Source: Plasmodiophora brassicae (lineage: Eukaryota). Taken from it: a stretch of 64,000 nt of DNA. Of the stretch, positions 50,655-61,969 are shown in pieces. Under the pieces are notes generated by a model that was not told the origin of the DNA, ran no database searches, and saw only the letters and a program-made list of their open reading frames with translations. The first letter of the stretch is position 1. Every line of letters starts with the position of its first letter. Both the position numbers and the translations under genes were made by a program. The stretch lies in the NCBI GenBank assembly GCA_036867785.1, contig CP145417.1, forward strand, positions 682,001 through 746,000, in the 5' to 3' direction.

Positions 50655-50899
50655 GGCGAGAAAACCCGGCGCCGATCAATACAGATCGTTGCGCGCCGCG
50701 TCGGCGTCGATCTTGGATGATTAGCGCAGGGCAGGTACCGAGAGCAGCGTCAGGACTGCGTGGCGGACTCCGCCGCGGACAACAATCACGCCGAGTCATT
50801 TCGCGAAAGGCCACACTGCCCCACAGCGAGTCAATCGCGTCCGTACGTCGTACAGGTTGGTAGACGTTGTCGTTGTCTTTCATGCGCTCTGATGATTCC

Positions 50900-51760
50900 A
50901 CGATTACTTACCTACATTGCCTGAACGGCTGTTGGCCTTGTTGATTGCATGTTTCTGAGCATGTCTCGACGTTTCGGTTTTCAACTAGCCGTTCGAGATG
51001 AGGTGGCTGACGTTCTGCGTAGGCCTTCATCCGCGAGAGCCGATCTTGAATGTCGTTGTGTTCATTATGAATACACATGAGATATGCATAATAAGCACGT
51101 TCGGCGCATCCGTTGATCATTACGCCACAAACCTCTTCCGAATACGTCTTCAGCTCGATGCCCGCACTATGGGACCACAGGCTTCCACGTTAAGAACGGC
51201 TATGCGTTCGAGTAAGGCGACGGTTTCCTTTGTCGTCGGTATTGCTAATGACGACGTTCCAGTCCGGAGGTTCGTCGTGTTCGAGGACTTCGAAACATGC
51301 TCTACGTGTTTACCAACGTCTTGAAACGCGAACAATGCTGTTCGTCCTTCTATGCGACGCATCCTGACGTCATCGCTCACATGCCCATGGCGTTCAACAA
51401 CGAACTGGTTCCCCCACTTGTGTTGACTGAATCATGCGGCCTTGATGCGGCGGTGGTCATTGTTCGCGTTTCAAGACGTTGGTAAACACGTAGAGCATGT
51501 TTCGAAGTCCTCGAACACGACGAACCTCCGGACTGGAACGTCGTCATTAGCAATACCGACGACAAAGGAAACCGTCTCCTTACTCAAACGCATAGCCGTT
51601 CTTAACGTGGAAGCCTGTGGTCCCATAGTGCGGGCATCGGACAAAGATGTCTGGTTTGTAGAGGCGGTCTGGGCGAAGGCCTCCGCGATGAAAGGCGACG
51701 ACCGGGTTTGGCGCTGTTATCCACATGTGACCAGCTGGGCAGGTAAGCGTTAAGCGTATT
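50900..51760 (-). pseudogene. rearranged DUF6729-like (transposon-associated) gene relic
   Basis: Fragments WITAPNPVVAF..PDRLYKPDIFV.CPH and PEVRRVRGLRNMLYVFT...CCSSFYATHPDVIAHMP...PLVLTESCGLDAAVV, with in-frame stops. Family resemblance is from memory. Confidence 0.5.
51156..51639. repeat. 182-bp near-perfect inverted repeat with 120-bp spacer
   Basis: Arms 51156-51337 and 51458-51639 are reverse complements with only two mismatches (51209/51586 and 51218/51577). Confidence 0.97.
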
Positions 51761-52193
51761 ATCGCCACAGTGAACAAACGAAAATACCTGCTTTCAGCCT
51801 GTCAACTATATAGTCCCTGTTTCAAGCTGGAGCTTCAGACTGATGAACTTCACTGTCCTGTTCAAACATAAGAACACACTTACTGGATCAGGCAACGGCG
51901 CATTTCGGTCTGCATCTGTTTCAGCTCGAAAGTCGTTCACAGTCGCTCGTTGACTATTTCGTTCTCCTTTCAACAAACGTCGACATCTGAACGATTAAAT
52001 GAAAGATAAACGCTCAGTCTTTCAGACGTCGACCTTCGCGTGCTGAAATGAGAATGAATTGTTGAAGTGTCCCAGGAATAGCGTGCCCAGCGCGTGGTTC
52101 GTGACCTTATCTTCCCTGACATGGTCGTACTACATGAAACCTAACAATCGGATCGCCCTAAGGTACACGTTTGTCGACGCTAGTCTGTAGAGG

Positions 52194-53812
52194 ATGGCAT
52201 CGACACCATCGCAGCACCCGCTTCGGGAATGGCTCATTGATCGGGGTCTGCCCGACCACTATCTGTCGAACTTCACTGAGCACAACCTGACCTGCCCAGA
52301 AAAGGTCCAGTCGTTGACCGATTCCCAGCTTCGCGCCATTGGCATAGACAACATTGTCCACCGACGCTTAATGCGTTCCCCAGTCGGTAAGCTGGTCCAT
52401 CGCTCGTCGTACAACAGCGACTAGACACATTCCCCGCACAGAAGGTGGCGAGCGGGACCTCATTGAACTCGGTGCCGAAATCGGCCCGGCAACGGCCGAC
52501 CATCTCTGGGCGGTTGTCCGGGGCGATGTCCTGCAGAACGGCGAGCGAATCGTATGGCTCGACGCCGATTCGGCGGCGTTCCGATTCGGGGTCGTGCGCG
52601 CCCGTACTGGCGTCCTTATCGCCGATGACATCGGCGTCATGGTCGAAGTCGCCCCCAACGAAACCAAAGTACCAACAGGTGACATGCATCGTCGAACGGC
52701 AACCTGAACCTATCACAGAGATTGCCCATCGACGATATCCTGCGTTATCGCGCCTCACAGGCACGTTGCTGCACCTTTACAATGGTGTCGAGCTGCTAAA
52801 CTCGCGTTTGGCAGGAGTCGCCGGCGAACTGGCTGACCGGGCCGGTTCTTGGTCGAGGCGCGTTCGGGTGCGTTGTGGAGGCCATCGATGTGCGCACGGG
52901 CGCTCGCGTTGCAATCAAGCAGATCCCAATTCGGACGGGCGGCGCCAAAGAACCCGGCAAGGATGTCGTTGATGACGCTGTAGGTATAGGATGAATCGTT
53001 AGGCGGACACACAGCTGACCGTGTGCCCAGATTGTGAAACTATGCAATGAGATCACGTTGCTTCGAGCGCTAGCACATGACAACATTGTCAAGTTCTTAG
53101 GCACCCGCCTCGATCAAAAACAGCCCCGCCTGTACATCATCATGGAGCTTGTGTCAGGCGGATCGGTCGCACAGATACTGAGAGAGTATGGCGCTCTGCC
53201 CGAGCCCCTGATTAGGAACTACACGAGACAGGTGAACAGAAACGCGACATCATAACCGGTGAAGGTGATCTCACTGCCGCTAGATCCTGAATGGGCTCGC
53301 CTACCTTCATGAACATGGCGTCGTTCATTGCGACGTCAAAGGCAGCAACGTTCTCGTCTCAAACGAAGGTGTTGTCAAGTTAGCCGATTTCGGCGCTGCC
53401 AAGCTCGTCCAGGACGTGTGCGAAGGGAACCCATCTGTTGCGGTGTGTGGCACGCCAAACTGGATGGCTCCCGAAGTCGTCATCCAGAAAGGGTTCGTGC
53501 CGGTTCTGTTTGCGGATACTCACGTTCTGACTGATGCCAGATAGGTACGGCCCGCCAGCCGACATCTGGTCCCTGGGATGCACCATCATCGAGATGGCAA
53601 CTGGACGGGCGCCGTGGGACCCGAAACTGTCCCAGATCGAGATCCTGGTCGTACTATCTCAGTCGGACCGCACCCCGACTATACCCAGTCATCTATCCGA
53701 CGCCGCGCGGGATTTCTGCTCCCAATGCCTCCAGCGTGACGTCACTCGCCGACCAACGGTCAACGACCTCCTACACCACCGTTGGGTCCTCAACAACGAC
53801 ACAGTGCAGTAA
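52194..53812 (+). CDS. SAM-domain MAP kinase kinase kinase (STE11 family), multi-exon
   Basis: SAM domain EWLIDRGLPDHYLSNF..LTDSQLRAIGI..HRR; kinase motifs LGRGAFG, VAIKQI, MELVSGGS, HCDVKGSN, KLADFG, GTPNWMAPEV and DIWSLGCTIIEMATGRAPW. Confidence 0.92.
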
Positions 53813-54195
53813 ACAACCCCATTCTTCAGATACGCGGTTTACTGGTGGCGTTCCCGCTCTGAATCGGGACTGCAACGCGCTTGACATGAGGTCACGAGTT
53901 CTTTCCTGTGTCTGGCATTCCACTGGCAGGCGACTCATGGTGGCGTCTATTCTCGATACCGATGTCGATTGTCGTGCGTGCACGCTGCTCTGTCGAGTAT
54001 GGTCGAATACCTCCTACCTATGGATCACCATTCACCAGGCCTTGAACGTCTGTGACATGGCGCGCAATTTTTTGGGACCCTGCCGAGGGCTACTTCCGGC
54101 GGTAGGTACCAGACGGTGCGCCCCATAGGCAGACTCGTGCGGTCTGGCAAGCAAACCCGTCATTGTGGCAGGGCCGCGTCGCCGGCTGTGGTGTG

Positions 54196-56115
54196 ATGCT
54201 AGGGCGTTCGTCGCGATGGCGGACGCAGAGGCGGCAGTGGAGGCGTCGTATGCAGATCGTGCTGGCGGCTGGGTCGACGATCTGGGTGCTAGGCGTCATC
54301 ACGTTTATGCGGGGGTTGTGGACCAGTCAGCCGGAGACGGTGCGGCACGTCTTCGCGGCCACGGCCGTGCCGGATAACGCCGTCTCGTACTGCAACGGCG
54401 CTACCGGACCCAGCAAGCTGTTCTGCGTTCCGGATGGTCGTTCGAACAGTGGCCGTGCGCTCTACTGCGTGGGGACCGACGCGATGATTACCGCTACCAG
54501 AGGCCTCTCTCTTCAATGCAGTCAGCCTTCGCAGGCTGTGGACAGCATTTTGGATATCCCGCTGACGTTTCAATCGTCGCCCTCATGCGAAACCTCTCAA
54601 AGCGTGCCAACTGTCGTGATTCAAGCACCGTCTACGTCGTCTCTGGAAGTGCACCTGGCCTTTATTGAGCGAATTGCAAAGATCCTGCGCCGGCTCGGCA
54701 TTGACAACGCCCGCGTGCTTTACGTCGGTGCCGCACTGCATCACGAAGCTGTCTGGGTCGCTGCGTTCAGCAAGGTGCTCCCAGCTCCGACTTCGACCTC
54801 ACTATGCCTGTCGACTCTCGTCTACATTGTCGACACGGCGGACGATGGGTCGCCACCGGACTACCAGTTTCAAAGGTCTCTCGTCGTTACACCTGCGCCG
54901 GCGCCTAAGGATCCTGTTGTTTGGACCGTTCGTGCTGCCATGGTGTTCAACTGCAAATCGAAGCAGGCATGCCCTATGGCACAGGAGCTGCTCCCACAGT
55001 TCAAGGATTCGAATCTGGACGTTACCCCGTTGTACTCCACGTCGTCCATCCGTCCGAATGTCATCGGGGCCCTGGACGTTCTCGTCGTGGCGGCGAACGG
55101 CCCTCTTGATGCGATTGTCGCACTCCTGCCTCCATCCGCCATGATTATCGGTCTGCAACAGGAAGCGGGTCGGCCGCCGTCCCGTTTGCGGCAGTTCCAG
55201 CCCAATCTGGCGTATCGTCGAGTCCCTATCACCGGCTCTGTCTTTAACCAACTGTATCCTGTCATCGGGGCGCGGCTTGAAACCATCCCGGGCGTGTTTC
55301 CCGAACCTGAATTACCAAGCGAGGTACGGCAGGCACGGTGGCGCCCTGCATCACCAGGCAATCCTCGACTGGCGGTCATTGTCCCGTTCCGGGACTCAGC
55401 CAGCAATACGTCGCAGGGCGCGGGAAGAACGGCGAATCTTCGCGAGTTCGCGACGTACATGAACAAGTTCCTCACCCGAGCTGGCCGTGACTTTGAGATC
55501 ATTGTTGTCGAACAGGAGGAAGGCGTCTTGTTTAACAAGGGCGCCCTGTTCAACATCGGGTACCACCTTGCGAAACGCGGGTTCACGTATATCGCCCTGC
55601 ACGATGTTGACCAGATCCCGGTGGACGATCGCAACACGTACGAGATGCCTTCCACGCCCTTGCACTTGTGCAGCGCTTCGTCCCAGTACGGCTGGCAACC
55701 TGCATACCCAACCATGGTCGGAGGCGCGCTCCTCGTCACCGTCGCCGATTACAAGCGGATGAACGGCATGAGCAATCGATACTGGGGCTGGGGCATGGAA
55801 GACGACGATTTGTACCAACGGATCATGGGCGAATTCAAGCAAGCGCCGAAACTGGACCCATCGATCGGTCGGTACAAAGCTCTGGACCATCCTCGGGTCA
55901 AGGACCTCGATGTGACCCCGCTCTTCAACTATAACCGCGAGTACCTCGGCCAGGTCGAGAATGGACTTGCCAGCAGATATGTGGACGGTGTCAACACGAT
56001 CCGGTATCGCGTCAATAACGTTGTGCGGGACCCGCTGGGCTTCACCAAGTACAACGTCGGCCTGGCGCTACCATGGATGCCCAAGTCGTTGGACGAGATT
56101 CCCCGCAGACCTTAA
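54196..56115 (+). CDS. GT7 beta-1,4-galactosyltransferase (B4GALT7-like) with long N-terminal extension, type II membrane protein
   Basis: AVIVPFRD, FNKGALFNIG, LHDVD, GGAL and NGMSNRYWGWGMEDDDL; TM segment near the N-terminus; intronless. Confidence 0.9.
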   Translation: MLGRSSRWRTQRRQWRRRMQIVLAAGSTIWVLGVITFMRGLWTSQPETVRHVFAATAVPDNAVSYCNGATGPSKLFCVPDGRSNSGRALYCVGTDAMITATRGLSLQCSQPSQAVDSILDIPLTFQSSPSCETSQSVPTVVIQAPSTSSLEVHLAFIERIAKILRRLGIDNARVLYVGAALHHEAVWVAAFSKVLPAPTSTSLCLSTLVYIVDTADDGSPPDYQFQRSLVVTPAPAPKDPVVWTVRAAMVFNCKSKQACPMAQELLPQFKDSNLDVTPLYSTSSIRPNVIGALDVLVVAANGPLDAIVALLPPSAMIIGLQQEAGRPPSRLRQFQPNLAYRRVPITGSVFNQLYPVIGARLETIPGVFPEPELPSEVRQARWRPASPGNPRLAVIVPFRDSASNTSQGAGRTANLREFATYMNKFLTRAGRDFEIIVVEQEEGVLFNKGALFNIGYHLAKRGFTYIALHDVDQIPVDDRNTYEMPSTPLHLCSASSQYGWQPAYPTMVGGALLVTVADYKRMNGMSNRYWGWGMEDDDLYQRIMGEFKQAPKLDPSIGRYKALDHPRVKDLDVTPLFNYNREYLGQVENGLASRYVDGVNTIRYRVNNVVRDPLGFTKYNVGLALPWMPKSLDEIPRRP

Positions 56116-56160
56116 TTCCCTGTTTCAATCTATCGGGTAATTATACATTACTGTCTAACA

Positions 56161-57108
56161 TTAGATCTGTTGTATGGCAGCAGCAGGGCCAGCGTTCACA
56201 GCGATCACGACGGCAGTGTCGTGCGCATCTAGAACAGGGTCGTCGTCGGCAGTGTTTCGGGGATGTGGAGGATCATGTCCAATTACGTCCGGTAAATCTC
56301 TCGCTCTGGACGGCGCCGGCAGCGAACGACAGAGATGGCCAGGTTCCATGAGGAACCCGCAAAACTTCGAGTCCATGTAGACGCGAACAGGCGGGTAGGA
56401 GTCGATTCGGGACAAGTCGCACTCCAGGCCAACCTCCTCTCGCATCTCCCGAATTGTGCAGTACAATGCCGACTCGCCGAGCATGCGTTTGCCACCTGGG
56501 AACGACACTTCCCAGGCAGATCTCCCCTTCGACCTGTCCGGCCGTTCCATGACGACCAGGAACCACTGGTCCGGCAGGTGACGTCGAACTCGGTTCAGCA
56601 GACCCAGCCGATGCGAGAGCTTGACCTTCTGGATGTCCGGGAAGTGACGTTTGACGTGCGACACGATATACGACGGTCTCCAGGAGGTATGCACGGGGAA
56701 CGCATGTCGGGGTCCCTCAGACCGCGTGAATCGACACAGATCGCAAACGCGCTGGACATCGTCCAGCGAGCCGAATATGAGGACGCACGCATTCGGTTCC
56801 AGAGACAGCGCGGCGCCCATCAAGCGAATCGCGTCGTAATTGCCACCGATGACGTCGAGAAGTTCGCGTTCAGTCTGCGGGAACCGGTAAGGCGATTGGC
56901 ACGGTATATCGGCCTGAATGTCTCGGTACCGCAGCAGGATGGAGTCAAGCCGCGGCGACAGGAACAACTCGATGCTCTGTTTCGAGTCGCGCTCCGCTCG
57001 CCTGCACCGAAGTGCAGCGTCCATGAACTGCGTCATTCGATCGATGGATTCGGGCGCAAATGACGACATTCGCCGGTACAGGCGGCTAATGCTGTGGGCA
57101 CGACGCAT
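56161..57108 (-). CDS. Nudix hydrolase domain protein
   Basis: Nudix box FPGGKRMLGESALYCTIREMREEVGL. Start 57108 or 57069. Confidence 0.82.
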   Translation of the reverse strand: MRRAHSISRLYRRMSSFAPESIDRMTQFMDAALRCRRAERDSKQSIELFLSPRLDSILLRYRDIQADIPCQSPYRFPQTERELLDVIGGNYDAIRLMGAALSLEPNACVLIFGSLDDVQRVCDLCRFTRSEGPRHAFPVHTSWRPSYIVSHVKRHFPDIQKVKLSHRLGLLNRVRRHLPDQWFLVVMERPDRSKGRSAWEVSFPGGKRMLGESALYCTIREMREEVGLECDLSRIDSYPPVRVYMDSKFCGFLMEPGHLCRSLPAPSRARDLPDVIGHDPPHPRNTADDDPVLDAHDTAVVIAVNAGPAAAIQQI

Positions 57109-57324
57109 ACGGTAGCGGCCGCGGCGCGCAATACGCACTGCCAACCGCCACGGAGCCGCGCGGCTCGCGCAACCTGCAGCAGACCGCAGTTTCACTCGGA
57201 CTCCGAAGGACCACGGCTGGAAATATATTCACAAGAGGAATCACACGATTGAGAGTGCTAAGGGCTGAAGGAGTTCATACCTGGCTCGTCCAGTTGCACT
57301 TGGAGCTTGGTATATTTGGCCGCG

Positions 57325-58385
57325 ATGGCGCAGCTGGACAAGCTGCTCGTGAACGGCCTGAAGCTGCTGTTGCAGCTGGCGACTGACGATGTAGATACAG
57401 GTGCAGTCCTGGCAGCGTTGGGCATCGACAGACAGCCGACTGCAACACAACACCGCGATGCGACGCGTCATGACTCTGGGGCGGTTTGCTCGTTGGAAGA
57501 GGACAGAGTCTCCAGCTACAACGCCCATAGAAACACGTTTGAGGCAGGCGCCTTCCCTGGACCACTCTTGGACCAGGCGATCCGCAAAGGCCGGCAGTCC
57601 CACGATCTCTCTGCGCAACGACACCTGGACGAAGATGAAGACGACAACATAGCCAAGTCGAGCAACCAGACTCCAGAAATCGACAGCTCGCGCGAATACC
57701 CCAACGGCAACGTTTGTTACTGGGCCGATGTGACAGACAGAAAAGACGTATTGCTGTATCGACGAATCGGGTGGGCAGCGGTAACGTATAGCACCTCGAG
57801 TGGGAACAGAACCGCCCGCAAAAGGCATGTAAAATCCTGTCTCGGCGTGTACGTCTGTCCACGTGAGCGTTGTGGGTACGTCGAGCGCCCGAAGGTTCCC
57901 AGGCGCAATCGCAACAAACACTGCCTGCCGATGAAATCTGAGGCACTATGCGTGCATCACCAGGAACCGCTGCTGCACTTGCCATGCGAGGCCACGATCA
58001 CCATTGAGGAGCACGAGCGACAGTCTACCACCGTAGTTATCGTCTCCAACCACGGTGTGCACCGACATCCGAGGCCACCCCCGATCAGGCCCTCGGCGGA
58101 AGCATATGCTGCGTTTAAGCAGATGGTCAATTTCGCACCTGGCTGACGCCGACGCAGCTACTTGTGGGTGCCCAAACCGGGCCTGAGCTTGGGCCAACTA
58201 ATACACAAAATTACGTGACCGCGGATCGGCGTGTTCGATCAGTAGACGATCACGTCTGTGAGACGCGACGACATCAATACCTAGCGCACCTCGCTTCGAC
58301 GGCGTCGTCTGGGCTGGCTCACGTACGGTCGGATACCATGGAGGATGCCAACCCCATCATTCGTGCATCTTGTCTGAGTATGTAA
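57325..58385 (+). mobile_element. GCM-domain transposase-like relic, frameshifted and truncated
   Basis: EYPNG...GWA...KSCLGVYVC....C...RP...C...L.HLPC...HGVHRHPRP matches the GCM zinc DNA-binding domain. Stop at 58146, with apparent continuation TPTQLLVG in another frame. Confidence 0.75.
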
Positions 58386-58998
58386 TGCCCGGGCGTCGGC
58401 AGTGGTCGCCGGTTAATCCGTCAATGTCGACAACGCGGTCCGCTGTCGTTGACTGGTTATAGCTGTGGTTTCGCGCAACGCCATCATTTACGGATGGACG
58501 TGTCGGTGTACGTAATCTAAACAACGTCATTCGTTGTCGTTGGAGATGTAGACGATCGTCCGCGATTACGTGTAGCCATGCTTCCCTTTGATCGGCGATT
58601 GCGATTTGATATCCTATTGAAGAGCGGCGCCGACATCGCTGGGTGCACCATGGCGGACGACGTGTTTAACGTAAGCTATGTCGATCCGGTGAATATAATC
58701 GTGGGACACGATTCCTGGTACACCTATTCCGCCCGCTCTGTTTGGGCCAGTCGATACCGAGTCGCGTGTCGTTCGCCTGGTTCGGTACGCGGCATCGTGG
58801 GCGGGACCGCCCAACCCATTGTCCGCCATCGATGCCAGCAACCTGATGCAGTCCATCATCGATGCCAAAGCGGCCGATGGAGGCGCCCCCGTCTACCGTA
58901 CGCACATCGGCGTGCCTGTCAACCTCATCACACCGATCGCGCGTCCGCCAAGTTCTTCCTGGGCGGCTCCCCGTCCGTCTTTGATAGGAAGGACTTCA

Positions 58999-59057
58999 GA
59001 CGACCAGCGCAGCTGTATCAGTGACGACCAGCGCAGCTGTATCGGTGACGACCAGCG
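58999..59057. repeat. 24-bp tandem repeat, about 2.5 copies
   Basis: gacgaccagcgcagctgtatcagt / gacgaccagcgcagctgtatcggt / gacgaccagcg. Confidence 0.9.
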
Positions 59058-59283
59058 TACTGTGCTCTGACATGCCGGGTAATTGATAGGTATTGCGCAT
59101 GGGTTCGCTGTCACGTATTCATTATTGCTGGAAGTACTCACAGGCCTAGCGGACAAAGCCTCAGGTGTATGCATTCCTGGTCCAAAGCGCCTCCTTTGTC
59201 CCCGTGGTTGCATGCAGAAGGGGGCCCGGGACGGTCGCCTCGGCCTCTATTTACGGCTATCGCCTCTCCTGTACGAGAAGGAG

Positions 59284-61400
59284 ATGGACGGCCCAGCGCC
59301 ATCCTGCCCCAGTGGGGGGATCGTCCTGGATAACGAAGGTCCACCTGGCGCGACTCTGGAGCTCGTTGCTGGAAGGGACAAGAACGCCCCGTCTGTGTCG
59401 GTGCCTCGGCACTTGGCCGCCAAGCACGCTCGCCTGCTGGGACGCATGCTGGACAACGATTCGACCGTGACCAGTATGACCGTTCAATTCGACACGAGCA
59501 CCCTCAAACAGGTACCGATTTCCGTACCTGTCGTGTTGTCTGCGATAACGAACATACATTCGGTTTCTGATTGCAGATCGCATCGTTCCTGTCGATGGAG
59601 CCTGTGGACCGGTTCGCAACGGCGAACTGGATAGCCAAGCTTCGAGAAACGGCGCAGGCAGACGGCCAGTGGCGGGCGCTTCTAAATGCGGCGAATTACC
59701 TGGAGATTCCGTATCTGTTCGAGGGCATCATCGAAGAACTCGTCAAAGGAGGTCGACAGAAAACGTTGAAGGAATGTCTCGATATCTGGCTCGCTCCTGA
59801 GAATGGGTCCATGTTCATCCATCGTTGATCGCTGGGTGGTCGTTGTCTGACCAGCATCTGCCCCAGGGTGCTTCCCGAGTCGGTCGTGTCGCTGCTGGTG
59901 ACACATCGCCTACGCGTTTCATCGCCGCCGTTCGACGACTTTCAGAAGGCGATAGAAAATAACGAATTCGACATCGCCGACCGGATACTGCAGTGGTTGG
60001 TGCCCAGCGTTCGCTCCGCTGTCGTCGAGGACGCGCTGACGACCGCGCTGACTCCATCGACGCTTGGGCCATCCCAACTCGTTGCCGTCCTCGTCCGTCA
60101 CGTCGACAATCCTTCCATATACGACAAAGCGCAGCACTCCCCGTTGCACGTGGCAGTCGCTCGGAAGGATGCATCGATCGTTGGCGAGCTGGCCAAAGCC
60201 TGCGACGTCAACGAGCGCACACCATCCGGGGACACCCTGCTCCATTTAGCGGTGCGAACGAGAGACGCCACACTTGTTGAGACGCTGCTGGCCTCCAGTG
60301 CGGATCCCAACGCCCGCAACGCGTCGGGAACGACTCTGCTGAGCGTTGCGGCCCAGAAAGGTCTGGCGGCGATATGCAAGTTGCTGATCCAGTTTGGCGC
60401 CGATGTGAATGCTGCCGACACGCAGGACGACGAGGCGACTGCGACGCCTCTGCACAGCGCGTGTCGCGGGAAGAATCCCGACATTGCCAGGATGCTCCTG
60501 CATGCAGGCGCGAACGTCAACGCCGTTGACAAGTTCCATAACACGCCCCTGCACGTTGCCGTCCGACGCAACCGTGCGACCCTGGTCAGTATCTTGATCC
60601 AGGATGGGTTCCTGCTGAACATCGGTGCTACCGATGCTCGCGGGCGAACAGCGCTGATCGTCGCCGCCGAATCAGGGTCTGCTGAAATCGCCCGTGCACT
60701 ATTGAGGCGTGGGTTCGACCCAAACTTGGTTGACTCTACGGGCAGGAACGCGTTAATGCACCTGGTTCAGGCAGGCGTTCCTGCGCAACCGGTGTCGCCA
60801 TCGATCCAAGGGCTTGGGGGGTACACGGAGATGATCCATCAGCAACGACAGGAAACCGCAACGAGTATTCATCAGCGGCTGATCTGGGCCATGTCGCGTG
60901 CGATCCGCGATTTGAACGCTCGGGACGCCGATGGGACAACGGTGCTGGAGATGGCGATTCTGGCTGGGGACACATGGGCGGTGGACGTTCTGTTACGTGC
61001 CGGGGCTGAGCCTAATGCGACCTCGAGCACCGATTTCAGTCTCGCGTATGTGGCGGCCAGTCAGGAGGGGTGCCCCGGTCGCACTCCAATGCTAATGTCG
61101 TTGTTCGCCGCGGGGGCTCGCCTGGTGCCGGTGCTTGAAGAGGCCATTTGCCTGGATAATCGCAGCGCCGTGCGTGAATTGGTAACGACCGCCAAAGCAG
61201 ACCTGCGCCTAGTGTCGTCCTCCTCGGGTGAGAATCTCGTCACGCTTGCCGCATGGTCGTCCAGCGCCGATACCATCAGGATCCTGATCGACAGGGGCGC
61301 ACAGGTCGAAAGCGCCGCCGTTCGTATTGCTGATGCTCTCGGCGACAGCGAGATGGCCAATGTGCTACGGGATGCATTGGCCCAGTCGCGTCCGACTTGA
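59284..61400 (+). CDS. SKP1/BTB-like domain plus ankyrin-repeat protein, 3 exons, start uncertain
   Basis: VSVPRHLAAKHARLLGRML...DTSTLKQ|IASFL...ALLNAANYLEIPYL (SKP1-like), followed by many ankyrin repeats (SPLHVAV, TLLHLAV, TPLHSAC, TPLHVAV, TALIVAA). Confidence 0.85.
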
Positions 61401-61579
61401 ACAATAAATTGGCCGATTGCCACACCTGACTGCGCATCCGATGTTCAAACGATTATCGCCGCCGGTTCTCTTACCCAGAGTTTCCTCCTGTCAATGCGCG
61501 TTCACTGCCAAACAACCCGAACGAAATACTTCCGAACTCGAGTAATGTGGTCCGATCCTGTGAACTTTCTGACAATGCA

Positions 61580-61783
61580 TCAGGCGCTGACATCCAGTAT
61601 CACGATGTCGAGCGGTTTCGACCCGTAAGGGATATAACGCGTCTGCCATCTATCGACGTCGGCACGTTTGTGCTCGGCCAGGGTGGCGCCCGGAGTGAAA
61701 GTGCCACGACTATAGAGGATAGTCTGGCTTCTTCCTTGGGCCACAGCACGATCACCAGCATAGTTCAAGAGGCCCGTCAGTAG
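61580..61783 (+). pseudogene. possible C-terminal fragment of an ankyrin paralog
   Basis: GQGGARSESA...LASSLGHSTITSIVQEARQ* resembles the upstream gene's end DRGAQVESA..IADALGDSEMANVLRDALAQ. Confidence 0.35.
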
Positions 61784-61969
61784 ACGAATTTCCCGACAAC
61801 AGGTTACGAGGGACAGCTGACGCCACCACGTTACGTGCCACCATAGACAGGCGCCAGACGCTTTGCATGGATGAACGGTATCTTGTTTGCGTTCAGTTCA
61901 TACATAATTGACGCATTAAACGTTTCGCACGTACGCCGTCTCTGTGTTGTATTGCAATTTGCGCCCCAA

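Noticed and set aside
51156-51639. Inverted repeat as MITE terminal repeats
   Set aside because: The arms derive from the interior of a coding relic that continues into the spacer and flank, and no target-site duplication was seen.
58999-59057. CRISPR-like array
   Set aside because: Head-to-tail repeats with no unique spacers, no cas genes, and a eukaryotic context.
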